Shown in pieces: positions 28,001-37,300 of a stretch of DNA of 64,000 nt. A model generated the notes under the pieces. That model was given only the letters and a program-made list of their open reading frames with translations. It had not been told where the DNA came from and ran no database searches. Each line of letters opens with the position of its first letter. Positions within the stretch are counted from its first letter, which is position 1. The DNA lies in contig JBBRPR010000032.1 of NCBI GenBank assembly GCA_038227875.1, forward strand, positions 31,428-95,427, given 5' to 3'. This DNA comes from Planctomycetota bacterium. Its GTDB lineage: Bacteria > Planctomycetota > SZUA-567 > H5-PLA8. Position numbers and translations under genes: made by a program.

Positions 28001-30592
28001 ATGAAATGCCTGATCGCGATGCTGAGCGTGCTGAGCGTGCTGACCGTATCCGCGGTCGCGTTGGGGGGTGAGGCTGCGGTTCCGTCCGCTGGATCCAAAC
28101 TCTTCGACAAGATTTCGCAGACGGACGTGAACGCATGGGTCAAGCTGGACGAAGCGGGACTGGCGGAGGGCAGAAGCCTGGGGTGCGGCCTGACCTACCT
28201 GCCCACCGCGGGAAAGTTCCTGCAGACCGGTGTTAATAACAAGACCGCGGAGATGCTGTTCGATCCGGCTACGGGTAAGTGGGAAGAAGCCAAACCCGGT
28301 CTGCCGCCGGAGAAGCTGCTCAATGAATCCGCATCGTGTTTTCTCGCCTGGGATCACGCGACGAATCGGGGCTATGGTTACATTGGGTCCGATGTGTGGT
28401 CGAAAAATCTGCTCTGTTTTGATTATGCCCAGAAGACCTGGACCAATCCCAACCCCAAAAATCCACCCCCGATGCTCCGAGAATCGTTTATCCGCTGGTC
28501 CTCGGTGTGTTGGTTGCCCGACAGCGGCGAGATGATGCTGGCCAACGGTTCCGCTCCATACGGCGGTTCGGGCACGTGGCTCTACAATCCCAAATCCAAC
28601 GAATGGCGGCAGTTGAAGTTCGGCAGCCCGCTGATCAATGGCCAGCGTGACGCGCTGCAAAAGCTTTTCACCCAGACGCAGGATCTGGTCGCGGCCTGCC
28701 GCAACCGGCACTATCGCTCGGAAACGCCGGACGCAGCGAAAGTGGATCTCGCGAAGTCCGCATCCGATCTGATGAGCGCGATCAAGTCCGCTAGTTCGGC
28801 CGTGGCGGCGGCCAAGAGCGACGACAAATACGAAGCGCAGCAATTGACGCGCTGCAAGGCCGCGCTGGAAACGGCGGCCAAACTCCTCGACGAGCAGTCG
28901 AAGAAGCTGGGCAGCTCGCTCAACGCAAGCCTGCTGACGGCGATGGAAGACGGATTATTGGAGACGGTTCGCGGCGCGCGCGATGAGCTGGCCGTCGAGC
29001 CGCCGCCGCGCTGCAACAGCCCGCTGGTCTGGAATCCCGAAGCGAAACGCGTCGTCTGCTTTGGCGGCGACGGCCACAACCGCACCTACGCTGACACGTG
29101 GACGTTTGACCCGGCCTCCAGCCGCTGGAACCAGATGCACCCGGCCATCGGTCCGGAGCCCAAAGCCGGTCATGCGCTGGTCTGGCTGCCCAAGGCCAAA
29201 ACGGTTCTCCTTGTTGGACACGCGTATGCTCCCAATCAGGGGCGTGGAAAAGATGGCGTGTACGAAACGCTCCCGTTTGAAATGTGGACCTACGACCTCA
29301 AGGCCGACCGCTGGTCGCTGTTGAAACATGTTGAAAAGGATACCGATGCGCCGTCGGCCGAAATGCGCGCCACCGATTGTTCCACGTTCGCGGCCGGAGC
29401 CGACGACCTGGTAGTGGGGATGGGGCGGACCGGCTTCTATGGAGGCGAGGTGAAGCTCAGCACCTGGGCCTGCCGGGTCGATGCGTCAAAGATCGACGCC
29501 GAAGGCACGCAGAAGTATGGTGTCAAACCCGGCACGCTGTACTTCTTTGGCGGACCCGCGGGCTATGACCACGATCCGGTCGACGATGTCCCGGCCGCCG
29601 AAGCCCGTTTGAAAAACCTGCCCGCCAATACCTGGACCGCGCTGCTGCCCAAGGGTGCTTTCGTCCCGAATGCCTACGGCAGTTGGGGCACCTGCGTGAT
29701 GGACACCGATTCCGATCAGATTCTCTGGTGGCGCGGCGGTCACGCCGGTTACTGCGGCAATGACGTCGGCCACTATTCACTTAAGGCTAATACCTGGAGC
29801 ATCAGCTACCGGCCGTCGCATCCGCTGAATCAGGAGAGCAGTTGCGGCGGGCTCATCGGTACCGACTTCGAAGGTCACCCGTGGGTGTGGATGCATTCGT
29901 ACCATCGTTACGGTTACGATCAGACGGCGAAGCGGATGGTGCTGAGCGTCTCCAATACGTTCACCTACGATCCCGCGCGCCAGGCGTGGGACAAGATCTA
30001 CTATCCGCCCAAGGTCGGAAATTTTGTGGCAACGCCGCACGGCATGATGGCCGGCAGCCGGGGCGACGCGCCGCAGTTTTTCCAGTTCGATTGCAGTAAA
30101 GGCTGGCAGGGCCTGCCAACGCAGGGCGCGTGGCCGGCGTTCTGCGGGTACTCCGGTTCGTACAGTTACGACAGCAAGCGCGACCGCGTGCTCTGTGCTT
30201 CCGGCAAAGGTTACACTGAAGTGAAAGAGGGCTCGGTCTGGAGTTACGATGTCAAGACCGGTGCGGCCGTGGACCTCAAGGCCGCCAACGCCGAGAAGGT
30301 GAAGTTTGAAACCGAGACGGCACGCGAATCGGTTTACCTGCCCGACGCCGACATGATCCTCTTTATGGCCGGCGGCAAGGACAGCCACTACGTCTACGAC
30401 GTGGCGAAGAACGCGTGGAAATCCGTTCGTCTGAAGCCGAACAATGTCGCCGCCTCAAACTTGATCGGCAGCGGACTTGTCTACGATCCCAAGCGCAAGA
30501 TCGCCTTTATCGTTGGCGCTGACGCCAACGGGTGGAACGTCTTTGCGATGCGTTTCGATCCCGCCACGGCGGAATTCGTGGAGCTGAAATAG
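28001..30592 (+). CDS. Secreted Kelch/beta-propeller-like protein
   Basis: Signal peptide; repeated TW.YDP...W and FGG motifs. Confidence 0.8.
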   Translation: MKCLIAMLSVLSVLTVSAVALGGEAAVPSAGSKLFDKISQTDVNAWVKLDEAGLAEGRSLGCGLTYLPTAGKFLQTGVNNKTAEMLFDPATGKWEEAKPGLPPEKLLNESASCFLAWDHATNRGYGYIGSDVWSKNLLCFDYAQKTWTNPNPKNPPPMLRESFIRWSSVCWLPDSGEMMLANGSAPYGGSGTWLYNPKSNEWRQLKFGSPLINGQRDALQKLFTQTQDLVAACRNRHYRSETPDAAKVDLAKSASDLMSAIKSASSAVAAAKSDDKYEAQQLTRCKAALETAAKLLDEQSKKLGSSLNASLLTAMEDGLLETVRGARDELAVEPPPRCNSPLVWNPEAKRVVCFGGDGHNRTYADTWTFDPASSRWNQMHPAIGPEPKAGHALVWLPKAKTVLLVGHAYAPNQGRGKDGVYETLPFEMWTYDLKADRWSLLKHVEKDTDAPSAEMRATDCSTFAAGADDLVVGMGRTGFYGGEVKLSTWACRVDASKIDAEGTQKYGVKPGTLYFFGGPAGYDHDPVDDVPAAEARLKNLPANTWTALLPKGAFVPNAYGSWGTCVMDTDSDQILWWRGGHAGYCGNDVGHYSLKANTWSISYRPSHPLNQESSCGGLIGTDFEGHPWVWMHSYHRYGYDQTAKRMVLSVSNTFTYDPARQAWDKIYYPPKVGNFVATPHGMMAGSRGDAPQFFQFDCSKGWQGLPTQGAWPAFCGYSGSYSYDSKRDRVLCASGKGYTEVKEGSVWSYDVKTGAAVDLKAANAEKVKFETETARESVYLPDADMILFMAGGKDSHYVYDVAKNAWKSVRLKPNNVAASNLIGSGLVYDPKRKIAFIVGADANGWNVFAMRFDPATAEFVELK

Positions 30593-30597
30593 AGCCG

Positions 30598-30779
30598 TTT
30601 GTAGTCCGGGCGGCTCGCCCGGTCTAACCTCGGAGAAAGCAAGCCGGGAATTTCGTTCGATGGTCTTGCTCTTTTGCGAAGCAAGCCGTTTGCTTTCGCG
30701 GTAGAGAAAGCGCTTCTCGGAAGCATACCCTTCCATACTTGGGCGTCGTCTGACCGGGCGAGACGCCCGGACTACGAAA
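30598..30779. mobile_element. REPIN/MITE-like element, copy 2
   Basis: gtagtccgggcggctcgcccggtc ... gaccgggcgagacgcccggactac; interior shares ttcgttcgat, tgcgaagc, tcgcggta, ctcggaa with copy 1. Confidence 0.8.
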
Positions 30780-30783
30780 CAGC

Positions 30784-31689
30784 CTACCCCAGCAACTCAA
30801 AATCCATCCGCTTCGCCAGGTTCCGCAGGTACACGGCGCATTCCGAGAAGCGCTTCCCCAAGTTCGGCAGGCTGCCCAGATCGATGCCGAGCGGGCCGTC
30901 GTACTTCTGGCGGATCAGTTCCTTGAACAGGCCTTCGAAATCGATGTTGCCCTCACCGGGAAAAAGATGGCGGTTGTCGGTGCCGTCGTTGTCGGCCAGA
31001 TGCAGACCGGCGATGCGGCCGTCGAGCTTGCGGGCGGAGAGCGGCAGAATTTCCTTCTGCGCGTTTAGGTGCGCGCAGTCGAAGTTGGCCTTGAAGTTCG
31101 GGCGCTGAACGTGGTCCATCAGGCGCAGCATCGCATCGGTCGACGAGATCATCTCGCCGACGCGGGGTTCGATGATCAAGGTCAGGCCGTACTCCTTGGC
31201 GATGTCCGAGCACGTCTGCACGCTCTCGACCAGCGCCTCCCACTGCGCCTGCCAGGAGAACGAATCGGGCATGCGGACTTTGTAGCTCTCGCCGAAATTC
31301 AATTTGCCGACGTAGGGTTTGGCGCCGACGAATTCGATCGGCGGAACATACGTCGCCACATGGACCGTCTTCGCGCCGAAGTATTGCGCCGTCTCCGCGC
31401 CGAGCCGGAAGATCGGGTACGCGGCCTTGCGTTCGGCGGCATCCATGCTCACCAGCGGGCGCAACACGGGGCAGAAATTGACGCACGACATGCCACGGTC
31501 GTCGAGCGCCTTCTTGAAGCGCGCGCGCTGCTCGTAGACGGCGCGAATGTGCTCCGCACCGACGCCTTCCAATTCGATGTAGGTGAAACCCATCTCGCGC
31601 AGATCATCGATCGCGCGCAATCCGTCTTCGATGGACGGCGGATAGCCGTAGGTGTCGATGGTGTAGAGGTAGCAGGCGGTCAGGAGCAT
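30784..31689 (-). CDS. Sugar phosphate isomerase/epimerase (xylose isomerase-like TIM barrel)
   Basis: GFTYIELEG, IEP, NFDCAHL, LHLADNDG..HLFPGEGNIDF. Confidence 0.88.
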   Translation of the reverse strand: MLLTACYLYTIDTYGYPPSIEDGLRAIDDLREMGFTYIELEGVGAEHIRAVYEQRARFKKALDDRGMSCVNFCPVLRPLVSMDAAERKAAYPIFRLGAETAQYFGAKTVHVATYVPPIEFVGAKPYVGKLNFGESYKVRMPDSFSWQAQWEALVESVQTCSDIAKEYGLTLIIEPRVGEMISSTDAMLRLMDHVQRPNFKANFDCAHLNAQKEILPLSARKLDGRIAGLHLADNDGTDNRHLFPGEGNIDFEGLFKELIRQKYDGPLGIDLGSLPNLGKRFSECAVYLRNLAKRMDFELLG

Positions 31690-31717
31690 GGTGTTCCTTT
31701 CTCAAAAAGTGACGCGA

Positions 31718-33055
31718 TCAAATTTTCTTAAACTGGGGCAGCCACGCACGGTTTAGTTCGATCATCTCTTTCAACATCGCGCGCGCGTCGGTGATCGTGC
31801 GGATGCACGGATCGCTGGCGAGCAGTCCGACGGCGAGTTTGAAATCGCCGCTGATCGCCGCGTCAATCGCGCCTTCCTGGCGCTGGATGTGCGGCCGCAG
31901 GATGGCCTCGAGGGCGCGCGGCAACGGACGGTTGATCGCGAGCGGATGGATGCCGAGCTTGTCGACGCGGCAGAGCGTCTCGACGTTGGCGCGCGCGGGG
32001 AGCTCGGGAATCTGTCCGGCATTCTCGACATTCAGCGTGGTGAGCAGATCGGCGCGGCCTTCGAGCGCATCGACCATCTGGATCACCGGCGCGTGCGTGT
32101 TGGGAATCGTCAGCTCTTCGGGCTTGTTGATGAATGTGCGGACGCGGCTCTTGTGAAGTTCCAGATTCCTGCGCCGGTCGGCGATGCTGGTGCGCACGAT
32201 GCCGTACTTTTCCATCTGCTGCTTGTCGGTGATAAAGCAACCGAAGTTCTCAACCATGTGCCGGTCGCCGATGCCCGGCAGAAATCCGATCTCCTTCCAC
32301 AGCGCAAAGCCCGCGCGCGTGCCGACCAGGCAGCCGAGATGGCCATCGGTGCTGTTCTTCACGGAATCCTGCTGAAGTTCGGAACTGCACAGTCCCTTCT
32401 CGCGCAGCAGTTGAATGCCATCGCGTCCGTTGATCGAGAGCGCCAGCAGCCATGGGCAGTGATCGATGCCGGCGGTGACGAAGCGAATGTCCGCGCCCGG
32501 TTTTTCGCCGAGCAATTCGACGAGGTAATCGACGTGTTCGACCACGCCCTGGCAGAGGCCGGCGGTGCGGATCTTCGTTTCGCGCGAGACGGCGCGCGTC
32601 AGCGTCGAGAGCGGGTTGGAGAGATTGAGCAGCCACGCCTGCGGGCAGTATTGCTCCATCTGATGAGCCAGGTCGAGCATCACCGGCACATTGCGGAGCG
32701 CGCGCGACATGCCGCCGGGTCCGACGGTGTCGCCGACGGTGTGGAAGATGCCGAACTTTTCCGGCACTTCCACATCGACGCGCATCGCGTCCAGCCCGCC
32801 GGTGGAAATCGTCAGCGAGACGTAGTTGGCGCCATCGAGCGCCGCCGCCAGATCGGTGGTGCGCGAGATGCCCAGCGTCGATTTGAAGCGCTTGCGCAGT
32901 CCCAGCGCGAGCTGGTAGATGTCCTCCGCGGCTTCCGCGTTGACATCCATGATTACGATTTCATCGTCCTGGCATGACGGCGTCTGCATCAGCCGTCCGA
33001 GGATGGAAGGCATCCAGCCGTAACTTCCTCCACCCACAAATGCGATTCTGGCCAT
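31718..33055 (-). CDS. Glycoside hydrolase family 4 (NAD-dependent, alpha-galactosidase-like)
   Basis: IAFVGGGS Rossmann start, GDTVGPGGMSRALRNVP, LLNLSNPL, GLC, NVENAGQI. Confidence 0.9.
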   Translation of the reverse strand: MARIAFVGGGSYGWMPSILGRLMQTPSCQDDEIVIMDVNAEAAEDIYQLALGLRKRFKSTLGISRTTDLAAALDGANYVSLTISTGGLDAMRVDVEVPEKFGIFHTVGDTVGPGGMSRALRNVPVMLDLAHQMEQYCPQAWLLNLSNPLSTLTRAVSRETKIRTAGLCQGVVEHVDYLVELLGEKPGADIRFVTAGIDHCPWLLALSINGRDGIQLLREKGLCSSELQQDSVKNSTDGHLGCLVGTRAGFALWKEIGFLPGIGDRHMVENFGCFITDKQQMEKYGIVRTSIADRRRNLELHKSRVRTFINKPEELTIPNTHAPVIQMVDALEGRADLLTTLNVENAGQIPELPARANVETLCRVDKLGIHPLAINRPLPRALEAILRPHIQRQEGAIDAAISGDFKLAVGLLASDPCIRTITDARAMLKEMIELNRAWLPQFKKI

Positions 33056-33180
33056 GGCGTGTGTCTCTCCGTTGCCGCGTTTCAGTTGTGTGAAATGTAC
33101 GCCGCGGGAACGACAAATGCGTTGCGATTAGCGACCGCCAATTTATCATTATCAACCGGATTACCTGAACTGGAGCCGCA

Positions 33181-34053
33181 TTGATGCGCACGTGGCAGCC
33201 GCCGGATCACATTCGCCAGGCCTTCAAAGACGGCTGGGCGGTCGTGCACCGCAAGCACAAGCGCCGCCAGCGTACGTTCGGCCCGGCCACGGCGCTGGTC
33301 GATGAACTGTTCGTCGTGATCGACGGGCAACTGGAAATCCTGGCTGAAGGAAAATGGTGGCCGGCCCCCGCGCGGACGTTTGCGTGCTTCCGCCGTGGCG
33401 TATTTTACGGCGTGCGGCAGAAGCCCGGCTACGACGGCCCCGCGCAGATCGTGAACATTCTTTTCCGTGCGCCGCAGGACTGGAGTTCCGGCCTGCCGCG
33501 CCCGCCGCTGATTTTATCCGCACCGTGGTGGCGGCGCTTCATGGACCTGGAAGCGCGCTGCGATTTCGACGCGTCCGGCCAGCGCGTGCTGCGCGTGGAG
33601 GAACTCACTGCGTTCGTGGAGAAGCTCGCGCGCGCGGCCGTTCCCAAGCCGGCCAGCGTCGCGAAAGGAAAACGAAAAGTGCAGGGCAGGGGAGGGCTCC
33701 CCGAAGGCCCGCGCCGCCCGGACACGGGAGCGGAGTGGATGGAAGTCTGGGCGCGCGCCGAAGACGTGATCCGCCAGCGCGCCGGCGAGGGCCTGACCGC
33801 CGACGAACTCGCCGCGGCCGTTCATGTTTCGCCGACGCAACTGCGCCGCGTCTTTCAAAGCGCCCGCGGCATTCCGCCGAAAGCCGCGCTGACGCAATGG
33901 CGCGTCGACGAAGCAAAAAAACTGCTGACCGCCGGAAAATGGAACGCGACGCAAGTCTCCGAAAAAGTCGGCTTCACCACGCTGCAGCGCTTCAGCGCCG
34001 TCTTCAAAGAAGCGACCGGCGAGTCGCCCAGCGCGTTTGCACGGAAGGTATGA
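33181..34053 (+). CDS. AraC family transcriptional regulator
   Basis: Cupin-like N-terminus; LAAAVHVSPTQLRRVF, VSEKVGF..FSAVFK..TGESPSAF; divergent from GH4. Confidence 0.9.
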   Translation: MMRTWQPPDHIRQAFKDGWAVVHRKHKRRQRTFGPATALVDELFVVIDGQLEILAEGKWWPAPARTFACFRRGVFYGVRQKPGYDGPAQIVNILFRAPQDWSSGLPRPPLILSAPWWRRFMDLEARCDFDASGQRVLRVEELTAFVEKLARAAVPKPASVAKGKRKVQGRGGLPEGPRRPDTGAEWMEVWARAEDVIRQRAGEGLTADELAAAVHVSPTQLRRVFQSARGIPPKAALTQWRVDEAKKLLTAGKWNATQVSEKVGFTTLQRFSAVFKEATGESPSAFARKV

Positions 34054-34088
34054 GTGAATTATGGTTCGCTCATCCAAGGAGGAACTCG

Positions 34089-34382
34089 ATGGAGATGATG
34101 GGGTGTTTGACGTTGTTGGCGTTCATTGCGATTGGCGGCGTAGTCGTGATTAAAATTATCAATTCCAGCCAAAAATACGATTTGGAAGTAAAACGGTTGG
34201 AGCAGGAAAAGTCGAACGCTGCATCCCCGCAACTTACGGCGCGCTGCGAAGCTCTCGAAAAGCGCTGCACCGCACTGGAGGAACAGTTGCACCTGACACA
34301 GATGCAGCTGGTCGACGAACAACGCGCGCTCGACAAGAAACTCACTCACCTGCTTCCGGAAAATACATCTCCAAAACAGTAA
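34089..34382 (+). CDS. Small membrane-anchored coiled-coil protein
   Basis: AAGGAGG RBS; N-terminal TM helix then heptad repeats. Confidence 0.7.
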   Translation: MEMMGCLTLLAFIAIGGVVVIKIINSSQKYDLEVKRLEQEKSNAASPQLTARCEALEKRCTALEEQLHLTQMQLVDEQRALDKKLTHLLPENTSPKQ

Positions 34383-34535
34383 CGACCTCGCGAGTCGCGC
34401 ATTCGAATCAGTTTCGACGCGTGAGCAGGGAACAAGCAAACGGCCCTTTACTCCCTGACACACGATTGCGTGTTTGCATCCGGCGCATGACCCGATCCGC
34501 GTGCGTTTTTGAATTTTTAATTTTGAATTTCCGTT

Positions 34536-35867
34536 CTACACGTTCAGCGTTTCCGCCGTACCCGTCGCGATGATGCCCTTGGCTTCATAGATCGGCCCGA
34601 TGATTTTCCGCAGTGCCGGGAGCCGCGTCAGAAATACAATTCCGCAGACCACTACCACTGCGCCGCCGATCAGCGCGGTGTCCGCCTCGCCGATGCGGCT
34701 GGCGACCTGGCCGCCGAGCAGATTTCCCAGCGGCGCCACGCCCATGATCGTAATGCCGAACAAGCTCATCACGCGCCCGCGCTTGTCGTCGGGGATGATC
34801 GTCTGCAGGACGGTGTTGAGCGACGCGAACATCAGCAGCATGCCGCAGCCCCACGCGAACATGCAGCCCATTCTCGCACCGAGATGCTGCGAGAGACCAA
34901 ATCCGACCACCCCGAGGCCCAGCAGTATCGCCGCGAGGCCAATGACCTTACCCAGCCCGCGCACGTTTTTGCGCGACGCCAGGTACAGGCCTCCAAAGAC
35001 CGCGCCGACGCCCGACGCCGCCTGCAGGAAGGTGAAAATGCGCGCGCCCGGGTCGGCGTTGGGCGTACCGGGGTGGACGAGCACTGGCGCAAGTTCGCCG
35101 GCCATCCTGCCCGCGAAAATCGGCAGCAACAACGCGACGGCAAATGTCATCAAGCTCACCGCCGTCGCCATGATCAGCGCCGTGCGGACCGGCGGAAACG
35201 AGAACGCGTACTCCAGGCCGTGGTAGAGCTCCACCAGCACCGAATGTCCGCTCCTTTTTTTATCCGCGATGTTCAGCGACATGGCCACCAGCGCGACAAT
35301 GACCGCCAAAAAGCTGAAGGCATCGAAGACGAAGCAATAGGCCACGCCGAACTGATCGATGATCATGCCGGCAATCACGGGGCCCAGCACGCGCGCGCCG
35401 TTGAACATGGCGGAATTGAGCGCGATGGCGTTGGGCAGATCTTCGCGCTGCTCGATCATCTCCACCGTCAGTCGCTGGCGCGCGGGCATGTCGAACGCGT
35501 TCACGACGCCCTGGAAGATGCTGAGAAGCACGATCCACTTGATGGTGACGAGGTTGGTCAGCGCCAGCCACGCCAGCAGGCCGCTCTGGATCATCGACAG
35601 CGCCTGCGTGACGATCAGCACCCGCCGCGCATTCCAGCGGTCGGCGAGGACTCCGCCGAACGGCCCGACGACGAGGATCGGCAGTTGCGATGCGAAGGCC
35701 GCCCAGCCCATGGTCTCCGCCGCTTCGCCGGGCCGGTCTTTGGGGGCGAGAAGGTAGATGAGCCAACTGGTGGCGACGATGGTCAGCCACGTCCCGATCA
35801 GCGAGAATCCCTGACCGACAAAGAAGAGGCGATAATTCCGATTTCGAAACGCGCGCAGGATTGACAT
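34536..35867 (-). CDS. MFS transporter
   Basis: RNYRLFFVGQGFSLIGTW, GGVLADRWNARR, NAIALNS..FN.AR..GP, RGRVMS. Confidence 0.92.
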   Translation of the reverse strand: MSILRAFRNRNYRLFFVGQGFSLIGTWLTIVATSWLIYLLAPKDRPGEAAETMGWAAFASQLPILVVGPFGGVLADRWNARRVLIVTQALSMIQSGLLAWLALTNLVTIKWIVLLSIFQGVVNAFDMPARQRLTVEMIEQREDLPNAIALNSAMFNGARVLGPVIAGMIIDQFGVAYCFVFDAFSFLAVIVALVAMSLNIADKKRSGHSVLVELYHGLEYAFSFPPVRTALIMATAVSLMTFAVALLLPIFAGRMAGELAPVLVHPGTPNADPGARIFTFLQAASGVGAVFGGLYLASRKNVRGLGKVIGLAAILLGLGVVGFGLSQHLGARMGCMFAWGCGMLLMFASLNTVLQTIIPDDKRGRVMSLFGITIMGVAPLGNLLGGQVASRIGEADTALIGGAVVVVCGIVFLTRLPALRKIIGPIYEAKGIIATGTAETLNV

Positions 35868-35969
35868 CGTTAAACGGATTATGCGCGCGGGATTTTGCAG
35901 CGCCAGTCCCGAGTGACCGGGCGTTCAGTCAGTCCTCAGTCCTTTTGTTTTTCGACATTCGACATCCCC

Positions 35970-37115
35970 TCATCCCTTCGCCGCCAGCAACGACTGCAGC
36001 GCCACGGTGCAGCGGTTGACCATGCGCCGGGTCAAGCTGCGCGGCGCGGATGGGATCGCCACCGGTGCGCTGACCACTCGACGTTTCTGCAGCGCCTTTT
36101 CAACTTCGCCCAGCGCCTGGCGCGCGGTGACGTAGCGCGCGTCGGGATCCTTGCTCATCAGTTTGGCGATGATGCGCAGCGTGTCGGCCTGCGGCTCGGG
36201 TGTCAATCCGGCCAGCGCGTCGGGCGTGTCGCGGACATGCGCGCGCAGCACTTCGGAATTCGACGTGCGCACGAACGGCACGCGCCCGGAGAGCGCATGA
36301 TAAAGCGTCGCGCCCAGTGAATACAGATCGGCGCGCCAGTCGATCGTCGGCTTGCAGCGGATCTGTTCGGGCGCCATGTAATTGGGTGTGCCGACGATCG
36401 TGTTGAAGTCGTGGAACTCCGCGTGCGCCATCCGCGCGCTGCCGAAGTCGCTGATCTTCACCGCGCCGCCGTGAGCGATCAGGATGTTCGACGGCTTGAT
36501 GTCGCGGTGAATCACCCCGCGGTCGTGAATGTACGCCAGCCCGCGCAGTACTTCCGCGGCGACGTGCAGGACTTCGCTTTCCGGCAGCCGGCCGCGGCGT
36601 TCGAGCCGCTCCTGCAGCGATTCGCCGTCGATGTATTCCATCACCAGGAACCGCGCGCCGTGCGCCAGCGCTGTGGTGTGGCAGGCAACAATGTTGGGAT
36701 GCTCCATCATTCCCGCGATCTGCGCTTCCAATTGAAAGCGTGCCGCGATGGCCGGGGACTCAGCCTTGTCTTTGCGCAGCATTTTCAGCACGACCTGCCG
36801 CAGCTGCTTGTCTTCCTGAGCGAGAAAGACTTCGCCCATGCCGCCTTCGCCGAGCTTTTTGACGATCAAATAATCCTTGTAGTACGGGAACGCGGGCGCC
36901 GGCGGTTCTTCCACGCCGCGCCGCCGCTGCTGTTCGGCGAGGATCTGTTCGACCTGCAGCCCGTCGAGGGCTTCCATCAGGATCAGCACTTCGCCCAAGC
37001 GCGAGTTGGCCCAGATTTCCTTGAGCGCCGACTGCCGCTCCAGCGCCGTCTCGACGTGGTGCGGCTTTAGCAAGCCGAGCTCAATGCCAATTTCGCCGAA
37101 CTGGTGACCAGGCAT
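35970..37115 (-). CDS. Ser/Thr protein kinase with N-terminal MshEN-like motif
   Basis: LGEGGMGEVF, HRDIKPSN, DFG, GTPNYMAPEQ; start at MPGHQFGEIG (the upstream part of the ORF-track ORF is a shadow). Confidence 0.92.
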   Translation of the reverse strand: MPGHQFGEIGIELGLLKPHHVETALERQSALKEIWANSRLGEVLILMEALDGLQVEQILAEQQRRRGVEEPPAPAFPYYKDYLIVKKLGEGGMGEVFLAQEDKQLRQVVLKMLRKDKAESPAIAARFQLEAQIAGMMEHPNIVACHTTALAHGARFLVMEYIDGESLQERLERRGRLPESEVLHVAAEVLRGLAYIHDRGVIHRDIKPSNILIAHGGAVKISDFGSARMAHAEFHDFNTIVGTPNYMAPEQIRCKPTIDWRADLYSLGATLYHALSGRVPFVRTSNSEVLRAHVRDTPDALAGLTPEPQADTLRIIAKLMSKDPDARYVTARQALGEVEKALQKRRVVSAPVAIPSAPRSLTRRMVNRCTVALQSLLAAKG

Positions 37116-37300
37116 GCCGTGGCTCCCGAACGAAAAACGGATCTCCGGAAGTTGAATGGCAAAACGCAGGCCAGTGTGCGGTTTCGGGATCAATTTTGCG
37201 CGACGCAGGGAGGCGACTGGCATTTCCAGCGCGACCCATGGGAAATTGCGTACGCGGACCCTTTCCCGTGCGCATTTTTTGTACAACCGCGTGACGCCGA

